Assembly: GCA_964016885.1 (NCBI GenBank)
Contig: OZ024743.1
Coordinates: 226,610,001 to 226,674,000, forward strand
Reading direction: 5' to 3'
Length of the DNA: 64,000 nt
Source of the DNA: Eledone cirrhosa
Lineage: Eukaryota
Within the stretch, counting starts at the first letter, position 1. Every line of letters starts with the position of its first letter. Made by a program: the position numbers and the translations under genes. Positions 24,881 through 38,530 of this stretch are shown in pieces. A model generated the notes under the pieces. That model was not told where the DNA came from, did no database searches, and saw only the letters and a program-made list of their open reading frames with translations.

Positions 24881-27231
24881 TCGACGCTATTTTCAACGCC
24901 TTAATTAATATATACATACTTTAATGACAGACCAATAAGAAGGAAATAAGGAAGAAGCTTTGTCTTTAGCTATAGCCCTAGGAATGATTGATTAAACATG
25001 GGGTTATCATCAAATATCAATTTAAAAGTGCATCTTAACCTTTGTGAGAGATGGCATATATTTCTACTATCACTACAGTTACTGAAATCAAGTAGAGGTT
25101 CGAATGAATGTATACATATATACATACATACATATATACGCACATAAATACGTGTATGTGTGAGTGTAAGTGTATGTATACAATTATATATATATGTGTG
25201 TGTGTGTGTATGTGTGGGTGCGTATATATATATGTCTATATGTATGTATATACGTGTGTGTGTGTGTGTATGTATATATAAATATACATATTGAAGTTAA
25301 TACGATGTATGGAGGAAGTCACGAATTGCAATTCGCTGTTAGGTGAGAGAAGTAGGGTAGCCGTCACCTGTGAGAACTTCCTGGAATTCCACCCTGCATC
25401 TGTTGCGCAATTGGAATATATCAGTCCATGTTTAGCCAGAGAGACTTATACACCTGTTGCTCTTTTACCGCAAATCAATACCAAAATATTTAAATTTCGA
25501 CAAGCATCTTTTATAATAATGTAGGTCAATACTCTCAGATGATTCCTTTCTATATTTAAGACAGTAGTGAAATGAGGGTTTACATCAATTCAAATACATT
25601 ATGCAAATTAATATGCCGATGCTATAGAGAATCTCATCTTCCAAAGTATAAACATGTCTCTACTTCGATTATTATTATATGTGTTTAACATTCTGGGAGG
25701 GTACAAATTGTAACTGCTGGTCCATGGAAATATCCATTTACGTAAAAGGCGCCCTATATAGTGAACATTATCGGAAAAACTGCTTTAATTGCTAATTCTC
25801 TTATTTTGAGTGAGTGGTTTAAAGCATCTTTCCGTGGTTCGAGAATACAGAGTTGGTATAAACGTGAGAAAATTTGATAGTATAATTTACTTCATTTTGT
25901 TTCATATCTATATTTATGAGTACTGCTTTTCAAGACTCGGGTTTGTCTCTGTCTTTCATCCTTTAGATGTCGATGGAATAAGCACCAGTTATAAAATGTT
26001 GTCATCATAAATTGCCATAACCTTTCTCCATAATCTCATGGCTATTGCCGATATTATAAATCTACACTGTATGAAACTCTAACGATAATCGCTTAAGAAA
26101 AGAGGTTATTATCAAGTAATAAAATACGAAACAAAACAAATACATCACAATGAAATATTAATATTATTAACACAGTCATAAACACAAAAGATAATATCAT
26201 TAAATAATAGATTTTTTCAAGTATTTAAAAAGAAGACATACATTGATGATGAAGAGATATCAAACGACAAACAATAAAAAAGATACTTGATATGATAATA
26301 TAAACACGAACCATATAGATAATAGTATAAAATTATAGGCTATTACCATGTATTAGACATAGCATATCAACATAGAGAAAAAATGAGAAGCATAGTGGTA
26401 TTGTTAATAATATCCGAGAAGATAATACTATAACTTAAAAGGATATTGTCATGAATTTTATATATTTTATCACTCTGATATCAAGCAAGATATTTAAGAA
26501 GCCTTGGAATTATATCAAATTGTCTCATAAACAACGCAGATTAGAGAATAAATTAAAGAAGGTATACTAAAATATAGGGTGCTGCCACGACCATAAACGA
26601 GTGTAATGCGTTCCAGATTAAAGACAAAGCTAACATTGATAGTTCTTGTCTTAGTTTAGAATCTGTATAGTCGAAGGGGAAGCAACACAGTGGTATTGTC
26701 AATCAGCGCCAAACTAAATTTTCTTTCTTTTGAAAACTGTTTCGCATCTTCGAAATCTCATAAAATACGTGGTAAAAGTAAAAGCTGATTTGGTTTCGGG
26801 TTTCTAAGTTTACATAACTCTATTCAAGTCGCGACTGGTTTAATTTTAGTTGACATTGTACAGGTTTTAATAAAGCAATAATAACCATAATATATTCTCA
26901 TACATTGCACGAGTAACAGCGTCTTATATGGGTTACTAACATAATCGTTCAAGCAGTTCTAGCAACTATATTGAGGGTATGACTTTTCGGCTTGGAAAAA
27001 GGCGGACGACAAGCCGAAAATGTAAATGGAAATAAAATACACATTGCCTTTATTGAGGGATTTGTCAGGTTGTTGGTTGAGTTTGATCAACATTTAAGAA
27101 CAAAATAATAACCGCCACACAAAATACGCTGTCCCGTTGATCTAACGACTCATACAATCATCGGCAAAAACGCATGGAAGACTACTCGATTCGATTCCAT
27201 TACGTCAATACTCAGTTTTTTCCATTTATCT

Positions 27232-27320
27232 GAGGGTTCTAAACCCAATTATCAGGCTAAAATTTCTTTAGTCAAAAATACGGTGAAAGCTATTCTATTT
27301 TCTAATTTCAAACCTGCTCA
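27232..27320 (+). repeat. Interspersed repeat fragment shared with 61188-61262
   Basis: agggttctaaac..attatcag.ctaaaatttctttagt.aaaaatacggtgaaagctattctattttctaat is present at both loci. Confidence 0.75.
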
Positions 27321-27370
27321 ATGTTTCAAAACATACTTACTTGTCATATATATATGATATATATCTATTT

Positions 27371-27562
<192 letters not shown>

Positions 27563-27769
27563 CAATCTATATCTAAATAACTGTCGACATTTGTATCAAA
27601 TAGTTAATCAGGCAATGAATCAATTTATCATCAATAAGTCAATAAAGCAATTATTCTCTGTGCTAATCGTTCAAGCACTCATTCTCCCAGCCCACATCTA
27701 CGTGAATAAATTCTTCTCCCACACTTTGTTTCATTCTCTCTCTTTCTATTTCTCTATACACACACACAT

Positions 27770-27832
<63 letters not shown>

Positions 27833-27847
27833 TATACACACACATAC

Positions 27848-27883
<36 letters not shown>

Positions 27884-28199
27884 TCCTACATATATAATCT
27901 AACAACGCATCTTGTTATGTATCTATTTAATCATCTATCTATCTATCCAGTCATCTATCTAGCCATCTATCTATCAATCTAGCCTGGATGGACACACGCG
28001 TATAACTTGCTGAGTAAGTTCTGTTTAAATTTCTATAGAAATTCTTGTCTGTAAACTTTAATTTTTGTACCATTTTGTAGAGGGAGTGCCGGGTCAAACT
28101 TTGATCTGGTCAGTCTCTCAAAATATTCTACGCCTTTAGGCGAAATAGTTAAACAAAATATATATATATATTTTTTTTGAAAAGTTAACATTTTAAAAA

Positions 28200-29429
28200 A
28201 TGGCTGAAGATTCTTCACCAAAATTCGAAGGAGGAAAGGGGAAGATAAACTTACAGCTTCCCCCTGCCACTGTCACAGTAGCAGAGGTCAAAAACAAAGG
28301 TCAGCCAGAGGAAGGATTTTCTCCACCTGCTGACCGACAACTTGACGTTGCCATGGCAACAAATCAAAGAACCAGCGGCACCAGCAACAACAACAACAAC
28401 AATGCGACGGACGAAAACAACACCAATAAAAATAACAACAACAAGACCAATAACTGTGATAACAACAACAATGATAGCAACAACACCACCAACTACAACA
28501 GCAACACAAGCAGGGAAAGGGTCTCCTTCGCCCAGACGGCAAGGAAAACCCTCGCCTATCTGCCAGTAGATATAACCAAAGTGAAGGAGCTATTGGCAGA
28601 TGCCAACAAATATATAGTGTACGGGGAAAATGGTTCATTCACGATCCCCCCCCCCCCGGAACTAAAAAGCCTGAGACTCCTATACACTGTCATGTTTAGG
28701 ACAATCTCAAATAAAAGCAAAAAACCAGCTCAACCATCACAGAGTGAGATAGAGCTGGTTTTAAAAGAAGTCATGAAGGACATCACCTTCATTCAGAAGG
28801 ATAGACTCTACGGGAGTCTATCCATTCTCATGAAGGACAGGGACACAGCAGTGAAACTGTCCATCAAACCAATCACATCCACCGCATACACCTTCTACCC
28901 TACGTACATGGGTAGAAGAACACAAAAAATAAAAATCCACACCATCCTGCCGATTATGGACATATGGTGGGTTTTGACAGGTTTCCTGAACCTGGATGAT
29001 GACACGCTGGTGTCCATGGGAAAGGCATCGGGTGACGCGTTCAGTGGAACGAGCCTCGAACTTGTAGTTCAAATGAAGCCCGAAAGGATCGCCCAGATCC
29101 CTGAACGCGTCATACTGGATGATCAAACTTTCATCAACATTACCGTTGAGGGTAGGCGGCCCTGGTGTTACCTCTGCGGAGCCAGAGGTCACCTGAGAGC
29201 TGTCTGTCCCCAACTTAATAAGAAAACCCCAATCCTGCCTTCACCACCAACAACTGCGCAACCAACACAATCACCACAACTACCACTACAAAAACAACAA
29301 CCACAGCTCAAACCAAAACAAAACAATGTCCAACCCATCCCCCCCACTAGAAAAAAAAACAATTTCCAAAACACCCGCACCGCAAACACAGCCCGAAAAT
29401 ATACCCCTCCCCTCCAACGCGGAAGATGA
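28200..29429 (+). CDS. LINE ORF1 (gag-like, CCHC zinc knuckle); probably continues to 29944 via frameshifts
   Basis: CYLCGARGHLRAVC; SFAQ motif after an Asn-rich tract; overlapping ORFs 29326..29514 and 29426..29944 switch frame near homopolymer runs. Confidence 0.8.
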   Translation: MAEDSSPKFEGGKGKINLQLPPATVTVAEVKNKGQPEEGFSPPADRQLDVAMATNQRTSGTSNNNNNNATDENNTNKNNNNKTNNCDNNNNDSNNTTNYNSNTSRERVSFAQTARKTLAYLPVDITKVKELLADANKYIVYGENGSFTIPPPPELKSLRLLYTVMFRTISNKSKKPAQPSQSEIELVLKEVMKDITFIQKDRLYGSLSILMKDRDTAVKLSIKPITSTAYTFYPTYMGRRTQKIKIHTILPIMDIWWVLTGFLNLDDDTLVSMGKASGDAFSGTSLELVVQMKPERIAQIPERVILDDQTFINITVEGRRPWCYLCGARGHLRAVCPQLNKKTPILPSPPTTAQPTQSPQLPLQKQQPQLKPKQNNVQPIPPTRKKNNFQNTRTANTARKYTPPLQRGR

Positions 29430-30008
29430 CCCTAGTTCGTCGTCAGACGAGGAGGAGCACTTCCACACAATCAAAAGAAAAAAAAAAGAAAACACACCTC
29501 AGACACACATATGAAAACAACCCTCCCCAAAACATAACACTGACACCAACACAAAAGAGCTCACAACAACAGCAAACAAAAAACACCACACAAAAACAAA
29601 AACATGCATACACATACAAAAACACAAGAAACAAAAAACTGTTAAACATTGTGTACAACAACAATGTAATAAAAACCCAAGGGCCTAACTTCACCCAGGC
29701 AGGGGATTTCCCCCACCTCAAAATGATTAAGGCCCCACAGGACACTTATGAAACTTTAAAAAACAACTTTAAAGAGGACGTGGGTCCACCCTGCGTCGGG
29801 CCCATTAACCACGTCCTTCTAAAAAACTACCCCAGCCCTCCCCAAACACCCACACAACTCCAACCACCCCAACCACACAACACACTGATGCCCCTACACA
29901 TCCACAAACCACCACCCCACCCAACAACCCATCCCCCACCCTAATGGAAATTGTGCAGCCCGATACCCGGGACGCAGAGAGGTAAGTGCTTTTCTCTTCA
30001 CTACCAAC

Positions 30009-30827
30009 ATGGCTATGCTAAGAGTAGGCTGTTTAAATGCGCGTGGCCTGGGCTCAACTTGGAAGCAAGCAATGCTTCTAAATGACCTCAGTTCACAACG
30101 TATAGATGTGATGGTTATTTGCGAGGCCCGGATCAGCAACGTGCGACAGCTGGCCCCCACCTTTGATGACTTTGAGATGCACGCATCTCTCTGTCAGCCC
30201 GGAGGTGGGGGTGGGGTTGTCGTTCTGCTGCAAAAACATCTAGGTCTCGCAACACAGATGGTACATTTGGACCCGGAGGGTCGACTAGTGGTTCTGGACC
30301 TTGGCAGTGGTGAAGGCGGAACGTTTAGGTTGGTAGCCGCCTACGGCCCTTTCGGGTCAATGCGGCCGGACTTCTTCCATCGTCTGGAGACTTTTCTAGG
30401 GACGTCCCGCTCCTTGCTATTAGTGGGGGACTGGAATGGTATCCTAGATGCACCCTTGGACTACGTAGGGGCCTGTCCCGATAGAGAGGGGTGTAATAGC
30501 CTCAAAGGGTTAATCGGTCGATTTGACCTGGCCGATAGATATCGACTAGATTTTCCGACTGCGCCAGCCTGGACTTCGGCAAATCGTAGCGGATCATCTA
30601 GGTCGTACCTAGATAGGTTCTTAGTTAGAATTAAGGAAAAGGACTTTTTAAGTTGTCCAAAAATGCGCATGGTTGGCTATTCAGACCACAAGTTACTGAC
30701 CTGCATGGTCAACCTTGACAGAACTCATAGACAGGGACCCGGTTACTGGAAGCTCAACTTGTCCTTACCGGCAAGTAAGGCTTACAGGGACCGGATTAGC
30801 ACTTTAGTTAAGGAGCGGTTAGAGTAG
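30009..30827 (+). pseudogene. LINE ORF2 apurinic-like endonuclease domain
   Basis: LNARGL, ICE, VGDWN, SYLDRF, YSDH and GPGYWKLN motifs; ends at a premature stop. Confidence 0.92.
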
Positions 30828-30883
30828 TCTCTATAGAAATTAGTAAGGAGTTAGCCTCAAATAGAAATAGGAAGGAAAGGGAG

Positions 30884-31288
30884 TTGGTAGATAGTGTAGA
30901 AGAGGCAATTAGAAGCGGCGACGAGGCCAGAGTGCTAGCGTCGAGAACGGCCCTGGGCCAGTTCTTCAACGCGAAACACGAAGGCTGCATCATCCGAAGC
31001 AAAATGCGTGCTCTGGGAAACGAGCGGACCAAAGCTGTTAGCTGGGCCCGCGTGACAGAAGCCAAAAGAGGGAGCAGATCCACTATCCGGTCTTTGCGAG
31101 ACCAGGATGGACGGGTGATCCTTGAACCTAAGCAGATGTGCGAGGCTTTTCAAAAGCACTTTGCCGGATTGTTCGGAAGGGGCGGGGAGCCGGCTGCGGA
31201 TGTGAACTTCGTTCCATACCTCGACGGCCTGCCGCGTCTCTCGGACAGGGAGGCGAAGTCCTTACGAGGAGCCGATTTCAGCCGCTGA
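30884..31288 (+). pseudogene. LINE ORF2 linker fragment
   Basis: GCIIRSK..E..K, I.SL.D.DG..I, F..HF..LF are typical of the L1/Tx1 linker; frameshifted relative to the RT. Confidence 0.8.
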
Positions 31289-31298
31289 GATAGAGGAC

Positions 31299-33383
31299 GT
31301 GCTGAGCCAATGCGGCAAACGCAAATCCCCGGGTCTCGATGGTCTTCCTTACGAACTATATCTAGCTATGCCGGACTTGTTCCCCGATCTCCTCGAGGCC
31401 GTCTACTGCAACTGGCAACAGAACGGGAGAATTCCCTGTGCTGTGACCAAGGGCGTAGTCACGCTAGAGAACAAGGGGGACGATATAAATAATTTCAGGC
31501 CCATAACTCTGCTAAATACAGAGTTACAGATTTTGGCCAAGGTGCTAGCAAAGAGGTTGGCGCTTGTCGTGAGCAACCTGGTGGGAGATGCGCAGACATG
31601 TGCTATCCCGTCCAGGTCCATCCACGACAACCTCCACCTCATGCGATACATCATAGAGATGGTTGGGAACAAACCCGGCTTTGGTGGGGCCCTGATCAAC
31701 TTGGATCAATCTAAGGCATTTGATAGGGTCGACCATGGTTACCTGGATGCGGTGCTAGCGGGGGCAGGCTTCGGACCCGTTTTTAGGGGCTGGATCAATG
31801 CCATGCACAGCAGCCGCATCTGCTCTAGGGTCAAGGTGAACGGCTACCTCTCGGAGCCGTTCGAAATCGCGCGGTCCATCCGACAGAGGTGCCCTCTCTC
31901 CCCCCTTCTGTATGTAATGACTCTAGAGCCACTGCTGCGGAAGTTGGAGTTGTTGCAGGGCATCCCATTGGAACCGGGATTGCGGAAAGCGGTGTCGGCC
32001 TACGCCGACGACGTAACAGTAATGGTGTCTATGGCCTCGGAAATCGGGGCGATCGGCACCTTACTGGAGGTGTACGAAAGGTTTACAGAGGCTAAGCTGA
32101 ACCGGGACAAGTCGATCGGTCTGCAACTCGGCACGTGGAGGGGCAGATCGATGCCCTCCGATGGCGTCGTCGGGCACTGGATGGAGGGCCCGGTGAAGTT
32201 GCTCGGAGTCTGGTTCGGACCAGACTTCCAGGTCGAGAAGAACTGGGGTGAGGTAACGAACAGGGTTGTTGCACTGACCCAGAAGTGGGCCGAGTGCAAA
32301 CCGTCCCTGAAAGGTCGGGCGGAGGTGGTGAACACTTATATAGCGTCCGTCATCTACTACCGCCTGACCGTTGTGCCTTGCCCAAGGGAAACGCTCGCCA
32401 AAATGGAGCGCGCACTCTTCCAATTCCTTTGGAAGAAGCGGGCTCCTATGGTGAGGAGATCCATCTGCTGTCAACACCCTTCGAAAGGAGGGCTGGGGAT
32501 GCCGTGGCTAATGATACGTAAACAAGCATTAAGGCTACGGCACCTCCAGGTATTCCTCTCCGGTCAACCGGTGTGGGCCCCGTTTGTGAGGCGAGCCTTT
32601 CCCAGACTCGTCTCACTCACCGAGCTGCAATCCTGGGTCAAGCAAAGACCGAGAAAACTGGGCGCCTGGCACACCGAGTGTGCCCAGGCGCTCAAGACTC
32701 TCTGGCAGGCGGACCCGGCTGTCAGTGGAGAATCCACCTCGTCACTCTATAGAGGGCTGGTGGTTAGCAGGTGCAACGACGCCCTCGGAGAAGCCCTAGG
32801 CATGGAGGAAGACGAACTGGCCAACCTGTTCGGTAGGACATTCAGCCCGGGACCCATGGATAACTTCCAGAAGTCCCTGGCCTGGCAGTGCTACAGAAGG
32901 GCTCTGCCCGTTCGAGAAAGGCTCAACAGACACGGGCGCCCGGGTAGGGACCCCTCGAAAAAGCCTTGTCCCAGATGCGTGTGCGACGAGGAAACCGTTG
33001 CACACGCATTGGTAAACTGCTCGGGCATTGCTGATCTGTGGGGCTATGTCGAACAACTGCTGTCAAGGGTGGGACCGATCCGGTTGACCACCGAGTCTAT
33101 TGTAACGATCAAGCCACCTCCCCTCTTCAAAAACGAAGGAGAGGCGGTGTTTCTGTGCGTAATAGCCATGGCGAAAGAGGTTGTATGGTGGACGCGTCTG
33201 AAAGGACTGAGGTCAGACACCTTTCTCTCTGGCCAACAACTGGTCCGTTTCTTCCGATATCATTTCGGAAGAAGGATCAGAATGGAGAGAGAGGTGCTGC
33301 ACCCCAGCCGTTTTTACGAAAAATGGGTGAAAGTGGCGAGAATGGCCCGTGTGAATGGGCCTTCACTCTACATCAGACTATAG
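31299..33383 (+). CDS. LINE ORF2 reverse transcriptase plus C-terminal zinc finger (separated from APE by stop/frameshift)
   Basis: KSPGLDG, NFRPITLLN, LDQSKAFDRV, RQRCPLSPLLY, AYADD, KGGLG, CPRC...ETVAHALVNC. Confidence 0.93.
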   Translation: MLSQCGKRKSPGLDGLPYELYLAMPDLFPDLLEAVYCNWQQNGRIPCAVTKGVVTLENKGDDINNFRPITLLNTELQILAKVLAKRLALVVSNLVGDAQTCAIPSRSIHDNLHLMRYIIEMVGNKPGFGGALINLDQSKAFDRVDHGYLDAVLAGAGFGPVFRGWINAMHSSRICSRVKVNGYLSEPFEIARSIRQRCPLSPLLYVMTLEPLLRKLELLQGIPLEPGLRKAVSAYADDVTVMVSMASEIGAIGTLLEVYERFTEAKLNRDKSIGLQLGTWRGRSMPSDGVVGHWMEGPVKLLGVWFGPDFQVEKNWGEVTNRVVALTQKWAECKPSLKGRAEVVNTYIASVIYYRLTVVPCPRETLAKMERALFQFLWKKRAPMVRRSICCQHPSKGGLGMPWLMIRKQALRLRHLQVFLSGQPVWAPFVRRAFPRLVSLTELQSWVKQRPRKLGAWHTECAQALKTLWQADPAVSGESTSSLYRGLVVSRCNDALGEALGMEEDELANLFGRTFSPGPMDNFQKSLAWQCYRRALPVRERLNRHGRPGRDPSKKPCPRCVCDEETVAHALVNCSGIADLWGYVEQLLSRVGPIRLTTESIVTIKPPPLFKNEGEAVFLCVIAMAKEVVWWTRLKGLRSDTFLSGQQLVRFFRYHFGRRIRMEREVLHPSRFYEKWVKVARMARVNGPSLYIRL

Positions 33384-33734
33384 GTGAGGAAGATGAAAGA
33401 CCAAGGGAGCACCCCTTCTCTGTGCTCCTGAGGAAAAGGGTTGCACACTTTTTTTCGGGGGGGGGGGGCGACCCCCAAGGCGCCTCCTCTCTATTGAGGA
33501 TTTTGTTATAAATTTTATTCTGTTATATTTTATTTTATTTTTATATTTTGTTATTGCCTCCTCCTTATTGAGGACGCCTTGTTTTGTAAACTCTCCCCAT
33601 TGTACTTGTCCCATTTTTGATGCCCTGGTGGCAAATCAAAGAAACATATCTATCTATCTATCTATCTATCGACCTATCTAGCCATCTAGCCATCTATCTA
33701 TCCATCTCGCCATCTATCTAGCCATCTATCTATC

Positions 33735-34277
33735 GTGAGGATTACCCCGCCGCCATCATTTAAGAACGAAGGAGAGGCGGTTTTCCTCTGTCTGGTGGCT
33801 TTGGCTAAAGAGGTAATATGGTGGACGAGGTTAAAAGGACTGAGGGTAAACACGTTTCTCTCTGGACAACAACTCATCCCCTTCTTTAAGTTCCACTTCA
33901 GAAAGAAAGTGAGGGTGGAGAGAGAGGTGCTACACCCCAGTAAATTCGCTGAAAGGTGGGTTAATGTGGCACAAATAGCCCGAATGAATTGGCGTTCTCT
34001 GTATATAAATCTGTAGTTTGAGGAAGATAAACAGAGGGAAGACGGGAACATCTACAAAACGTGTTCCTAGTGTTGAGGGTTGTTCTATCCACGGGGTGTA
34101 AAACAACCCTGCAGTAACGCCCCCCCCCCCCACACACATTGGGGATTTCAATTGTTATTTTATTATATATAGTTTATTATTTATTAATATTAAAGTTATA
34201 TGATTTTTATGTAAAACCCCCGCCGTCACGTCTTGTACTGTACCCTTTTTGTACGCCCCTGTGGCAAATAAAGAAAG
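33735..34277 (+). mobile_element. 5'-truncated related Tx1-type LINE in the same (TATC)n satellite
   Basis: ORF 33735..34016 is paralogous to the RT ORF C-terminus; 3' end gtggcaaataaagaaag is followed by atatctatctatc. Confidence 0.9.
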
Positions 34278-36393
34278 ATATCTATCTATCTATCTAACCA
34301 TCTACCTATTTATCTAACTAACTATCTATCTAATTATCCATCTATTTATTTCTTACGGGGTTTCAGGAGTCCATCGCCAGCTGAGGAGAAAAAGCAATTT
34401 ATGACCAGTGAACAGGAATAAATGGAAAGCCGAGAAAGTAAAAATCTTTTTTACTCATACATACATACACACATACATACATACATACATAAATTCATGC
34501 ATACATACATACATACATACATACATACATAAATTCATACATACATACACACACATACATACATACACACATACATACACATATCGGTAGATACATAGGT
34601 GCATACAGCCATACATACTCACATACATACATACATTCTTACACACATACATACATTTATACATACATACATACATACATATATACATAGATGCATAGAT
34701 ACATATATATGTGTCTGAAAGAGATTTAACGTTACTGTACTCTAGTAACAACGATGACAAGAGTAAAAAAAAAAGAAAACAAATCTCAGAATCCCACACA
34801 TATCGAAAACAACACAAAAGACTAGCATATTCAGCAACAACGAATGACACAAACAACTCTACAGCATCCACATCAACAAACACAACATTAACATAAGAAC
34901 GACAACAAGTACAACATCTACGGCAACGGGAATAACAAAACCAACACTATCAACAATACTACAATCATTTCATCCACATACTACAATCATTACATCAAAC
35001 TTAGACGCACTGTGTTGCTTCGTTTTTGCACTGGAAACTATTCTTAATGCTATGATGGTGCAGTGCGCTGTTGCTATTTTAGAATTTTCTAGACATGGTT
35101 ACGGCTCCAGATATATTTTGCCATTGAAACTATGATGTGCTTGATCATACTACAACGATGAGTCGAATCCATTCAGATGAAAATTAGTTGAATCAATCAA
35201 GTTGGGGATTGTATCTCGATGTATCCTAATCTCAGGAGCAATCAAAGCTTCGCTGGTTCTATTCTCCAAACCATATTACACGATAACAGACATAAGATCA
35301 TAAACTACGTTTCCCATACACTTTAGTTTTGCCGCTTGCACCAATATAAAGACAGTATCCACGCCAATGACAGTTAGTTATGTCGATCTGGCTCCACAGT
35401 TTAAGATTAGCAAAAAATAGAATCTAATCGTACGTTGATCTCAGGAGCAATCACAACATAGATCTATTCTCCACACCGTGGTCTACAATAGATTCCTCCA
35501 CTCACCTTTGTCCGCAATGCTTGTCATGACCATCACGTTAATCTTTTGCTTTTCTTGTTTAATTTGGTAACTTTTTCGTCGTGGTATCTTACCTATCTTT
35601 ATTAGACCTGTGAGTTAACAATTGTTTGTTGATCCGTCTTCATTTACACCATGATCATGCTGTCTTTTATATAGCTATCATGAACCGAGGACCAGTTTAC
35701 AACGTATGCATGTGTTTGTGTATTTGCAAATATCTACATGTGTTTGTGCGTGTGGACGGTTGTCGGTAAATATTTGCATGCGTGCGTGCATTGTGAATAT
35801 TTACAAATGCCTCTGTCTATATATGTATGTTTGTGTGGAAGTAAGGCGGATCTCTTATACTATGGATGGTGAGTGTTCTTCCTTTTCTAATTATGACTGT
35901 AAATATACGATAAAGGAAGATCTGACTTCCTGCTATTTCTAGTATATGAGGCGTCCTGTAGTGGATTTTGCCATGTCTTGCGTCCGGCAGCTTGTATCAT
36001 CAATGGAAAGAACAATGTAAAGGTTGTTTTCTTGGTCCGATCCGACGAACGGATCATTTCCTTTCCTTTATAAGTGCTCTATTGCTGCAGATTTTAAAGT
36101 TGCTGCAATTATTGTTCTTGTTTTTGTTATTGTATTTATTGCTTTTGGTTGTGAAGAAATTTCCAACGAGATAGGCTGTAACATCAAATCTGATTTTATT
36201 GCTTTACAGTGCAATTTCATTCAAACATTTTACCTTTGTTAATATATATTGTCTACTGACATCGCTGCAAATATAAATTGTTCGTGCAGAATGAAATGGA
36301 AATGCGTTAATCTATATATCTACCTATATGACTATCTATCTATTTATCTAGCTTCCTCTCTGTCGTTAAATCTCTTGCTCTTTCTCTATACAC

Positions 36394-36433
<40 letters not shown>

Positions 36434-36434
36434 T

Positions 36435-36486
<52 letters not shown>

Positions 36487-36570
36487 ATAATAATAAATTT
36501 GAAGACTAAAATCCAAAGAGGGCTCGATAAGGATAAATATATATCAAATATATAAGAACCGTAGAGCAAA

Positions 36571-36717
36571 TATTTATTAAAATAACAGATTAAAGTTTAA
36601 GCAAAGAATCGCTGCTTTCACCCTTAACGGATCTTCTGAAACTAATTTCAGAAGATCCCGTTAAGGGTGAAAGCAGCGATTCTTTGCTTAAACTTTAATC
36701 TGTTATTTTAATAAATA
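36571..36717. mobile_element. ~147-bp palindrome abutting (TA)n with a non-canonical hammerhead-like layout
   Basis: Centre atcttctgaaa-ctaa-tttcagaagat. Right arm reads CAGAAGA-tCCC-gttaa-GGGt-GAAA-GC-A-GC-GA. Confidence 0.8.
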
Positions 36718-36741
36718 AATAAATATATTATATATTATATA

Positions 36742-37053
<312 letters not shown>

Positions 37054-37080
37054 TTTATATATATATATATATATATATAC

Positions 37081-37347
37081 CACAGAAAAAAGAGAATCAG
37101 TGTTGCAACGATTGGAATTTATTGGACATATTACAATCATTTCTCTGGTGACCAGCTCGAGGCACGATTGATGTGATGATCGAACCTGGCTCTGAAAATC
37201 GCAAAGTCCTCAGATACGTCTTGATTCTACGAAGCAGATTTTCCTAAATCTGATTCTCTTTTTTTCTGTGATATCATACTCTGCTCTAAGAGAGCATCGA
37301 GTGCTCAAACGGCATACCACATACGGACGCTTTAAGCATCCAACACC

Positions 37348-37351
<4 letters not shown>
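37081..37351. mobile_element. Short insertion in (TA)n with a 20-bp inverted repeat
   Basis: cacagaaaaaagagaatcag (37081-37100) vs ctgattctctttttttctgtg (37250-37270). Confidence 0.6.
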
Positions 37352-37408
<57 letters not shown>

Positions 37409-37699
37409 CTTCTGATTTCTACAGGCTTTTAACCGAAACTACGAAAAGTGCATAAATAAACACGTTTTTATGTATTTAAGCCTATTCTGTTCTTCCTGTT
37501 GCCCCGTACGTTGCAACAGATAAGCAACACTCGAATTATGCAAATTACCTTGTCCAATATTCTGGTTCTGTCGTCCCTCGCTAGCTGATAAAAGCCATTT
37601 GTTGCGTATTGGTTGGTTGTGAAGGTTGAAGAACGTTTCTGATGACGTTAGCAACGATTCGGACATACCTGACCACACACACATACACACACACATGGG

Positions 37700-37732
<33 letters not shown>

Positions 37733-38499
37733 ATGTATGTGTGTGTGTGTGCAAGTATGTGCGTATGTATGTGTAAATATATATGTATGAATGTGTGTTT
37801 GTGTGCGTATTCATGTATAAATACACACATATAGACATACGTAGGTATTGTGGGATAGGTACAGATTAGGCGAAGTTCAAATTGTTAACAAGAACAAAAT
37901 TAAAAAAAGAAGCCAAGTCATTTCATAGTTGAATTATTTTCCTCGCCCCCCCCCCCCCCCCCACACACACACTATTACTACTATTACTATTACTAATGTT
38001 TTTTTCGTGGTAATTGTCGTTGGTGATGTAGTAGCAGTTGCTTTAAAGAGATTTAAAGAGATTGATGATGTTGTTATTGTTACAGTGCAATATATAGTAG
38101 AAAAAGTAAACAGAAACGAGCAGTCATAATGATTTCTACTTAGGTAAAAGGCGAATAATAATTTTTTTTTATGTGTGTGTATGGATAATCGATTAAACGG
38201 ACCTAAGTACTTGACAGGTACTTTATTTCATCGACCTATAAAAGAGGAAAGGCAAAGATAACCAGTGTGGAGTTCGAACTCAGAACGTAACGTGTCAGAA
38301 GTAATACTGTAAATAATTTTGTCCAGCATTCTAAGGATTCTGTTAATACCCCACCCCCAAAATAACAACTAATAATAATATTAAAACGAATAATAATAAT
38401 TGTTTCTTCTTTTTTTGGCACAAGGCGAGCAATTACCCAGCAATTACCCAGTGCATTACGAATAATAATAATTATTATTATTATGAGGAGGAGGAAGAG

Positions 38500-38530
<31 letters not shown>

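Larger units (their letters stand above)
27985..33645 (+). mobile_element. Near full-length Tx1/L1-clade non-LTR retrotransposon in a (TATC)n-type satellite
   Basis: ORF1 with CCHC knuckle, then APE, RT and C-terminal zinc finger; flanked on both sides by atctatct/agccatctat repeats. Confidence 0.92.

Noticed and set aside
37635-37665. CTGATGA followed by a CGTT-agc-AACG hairpin
   Set aside because: No GAAA after the stem, so the hammerhead core is incomplete.
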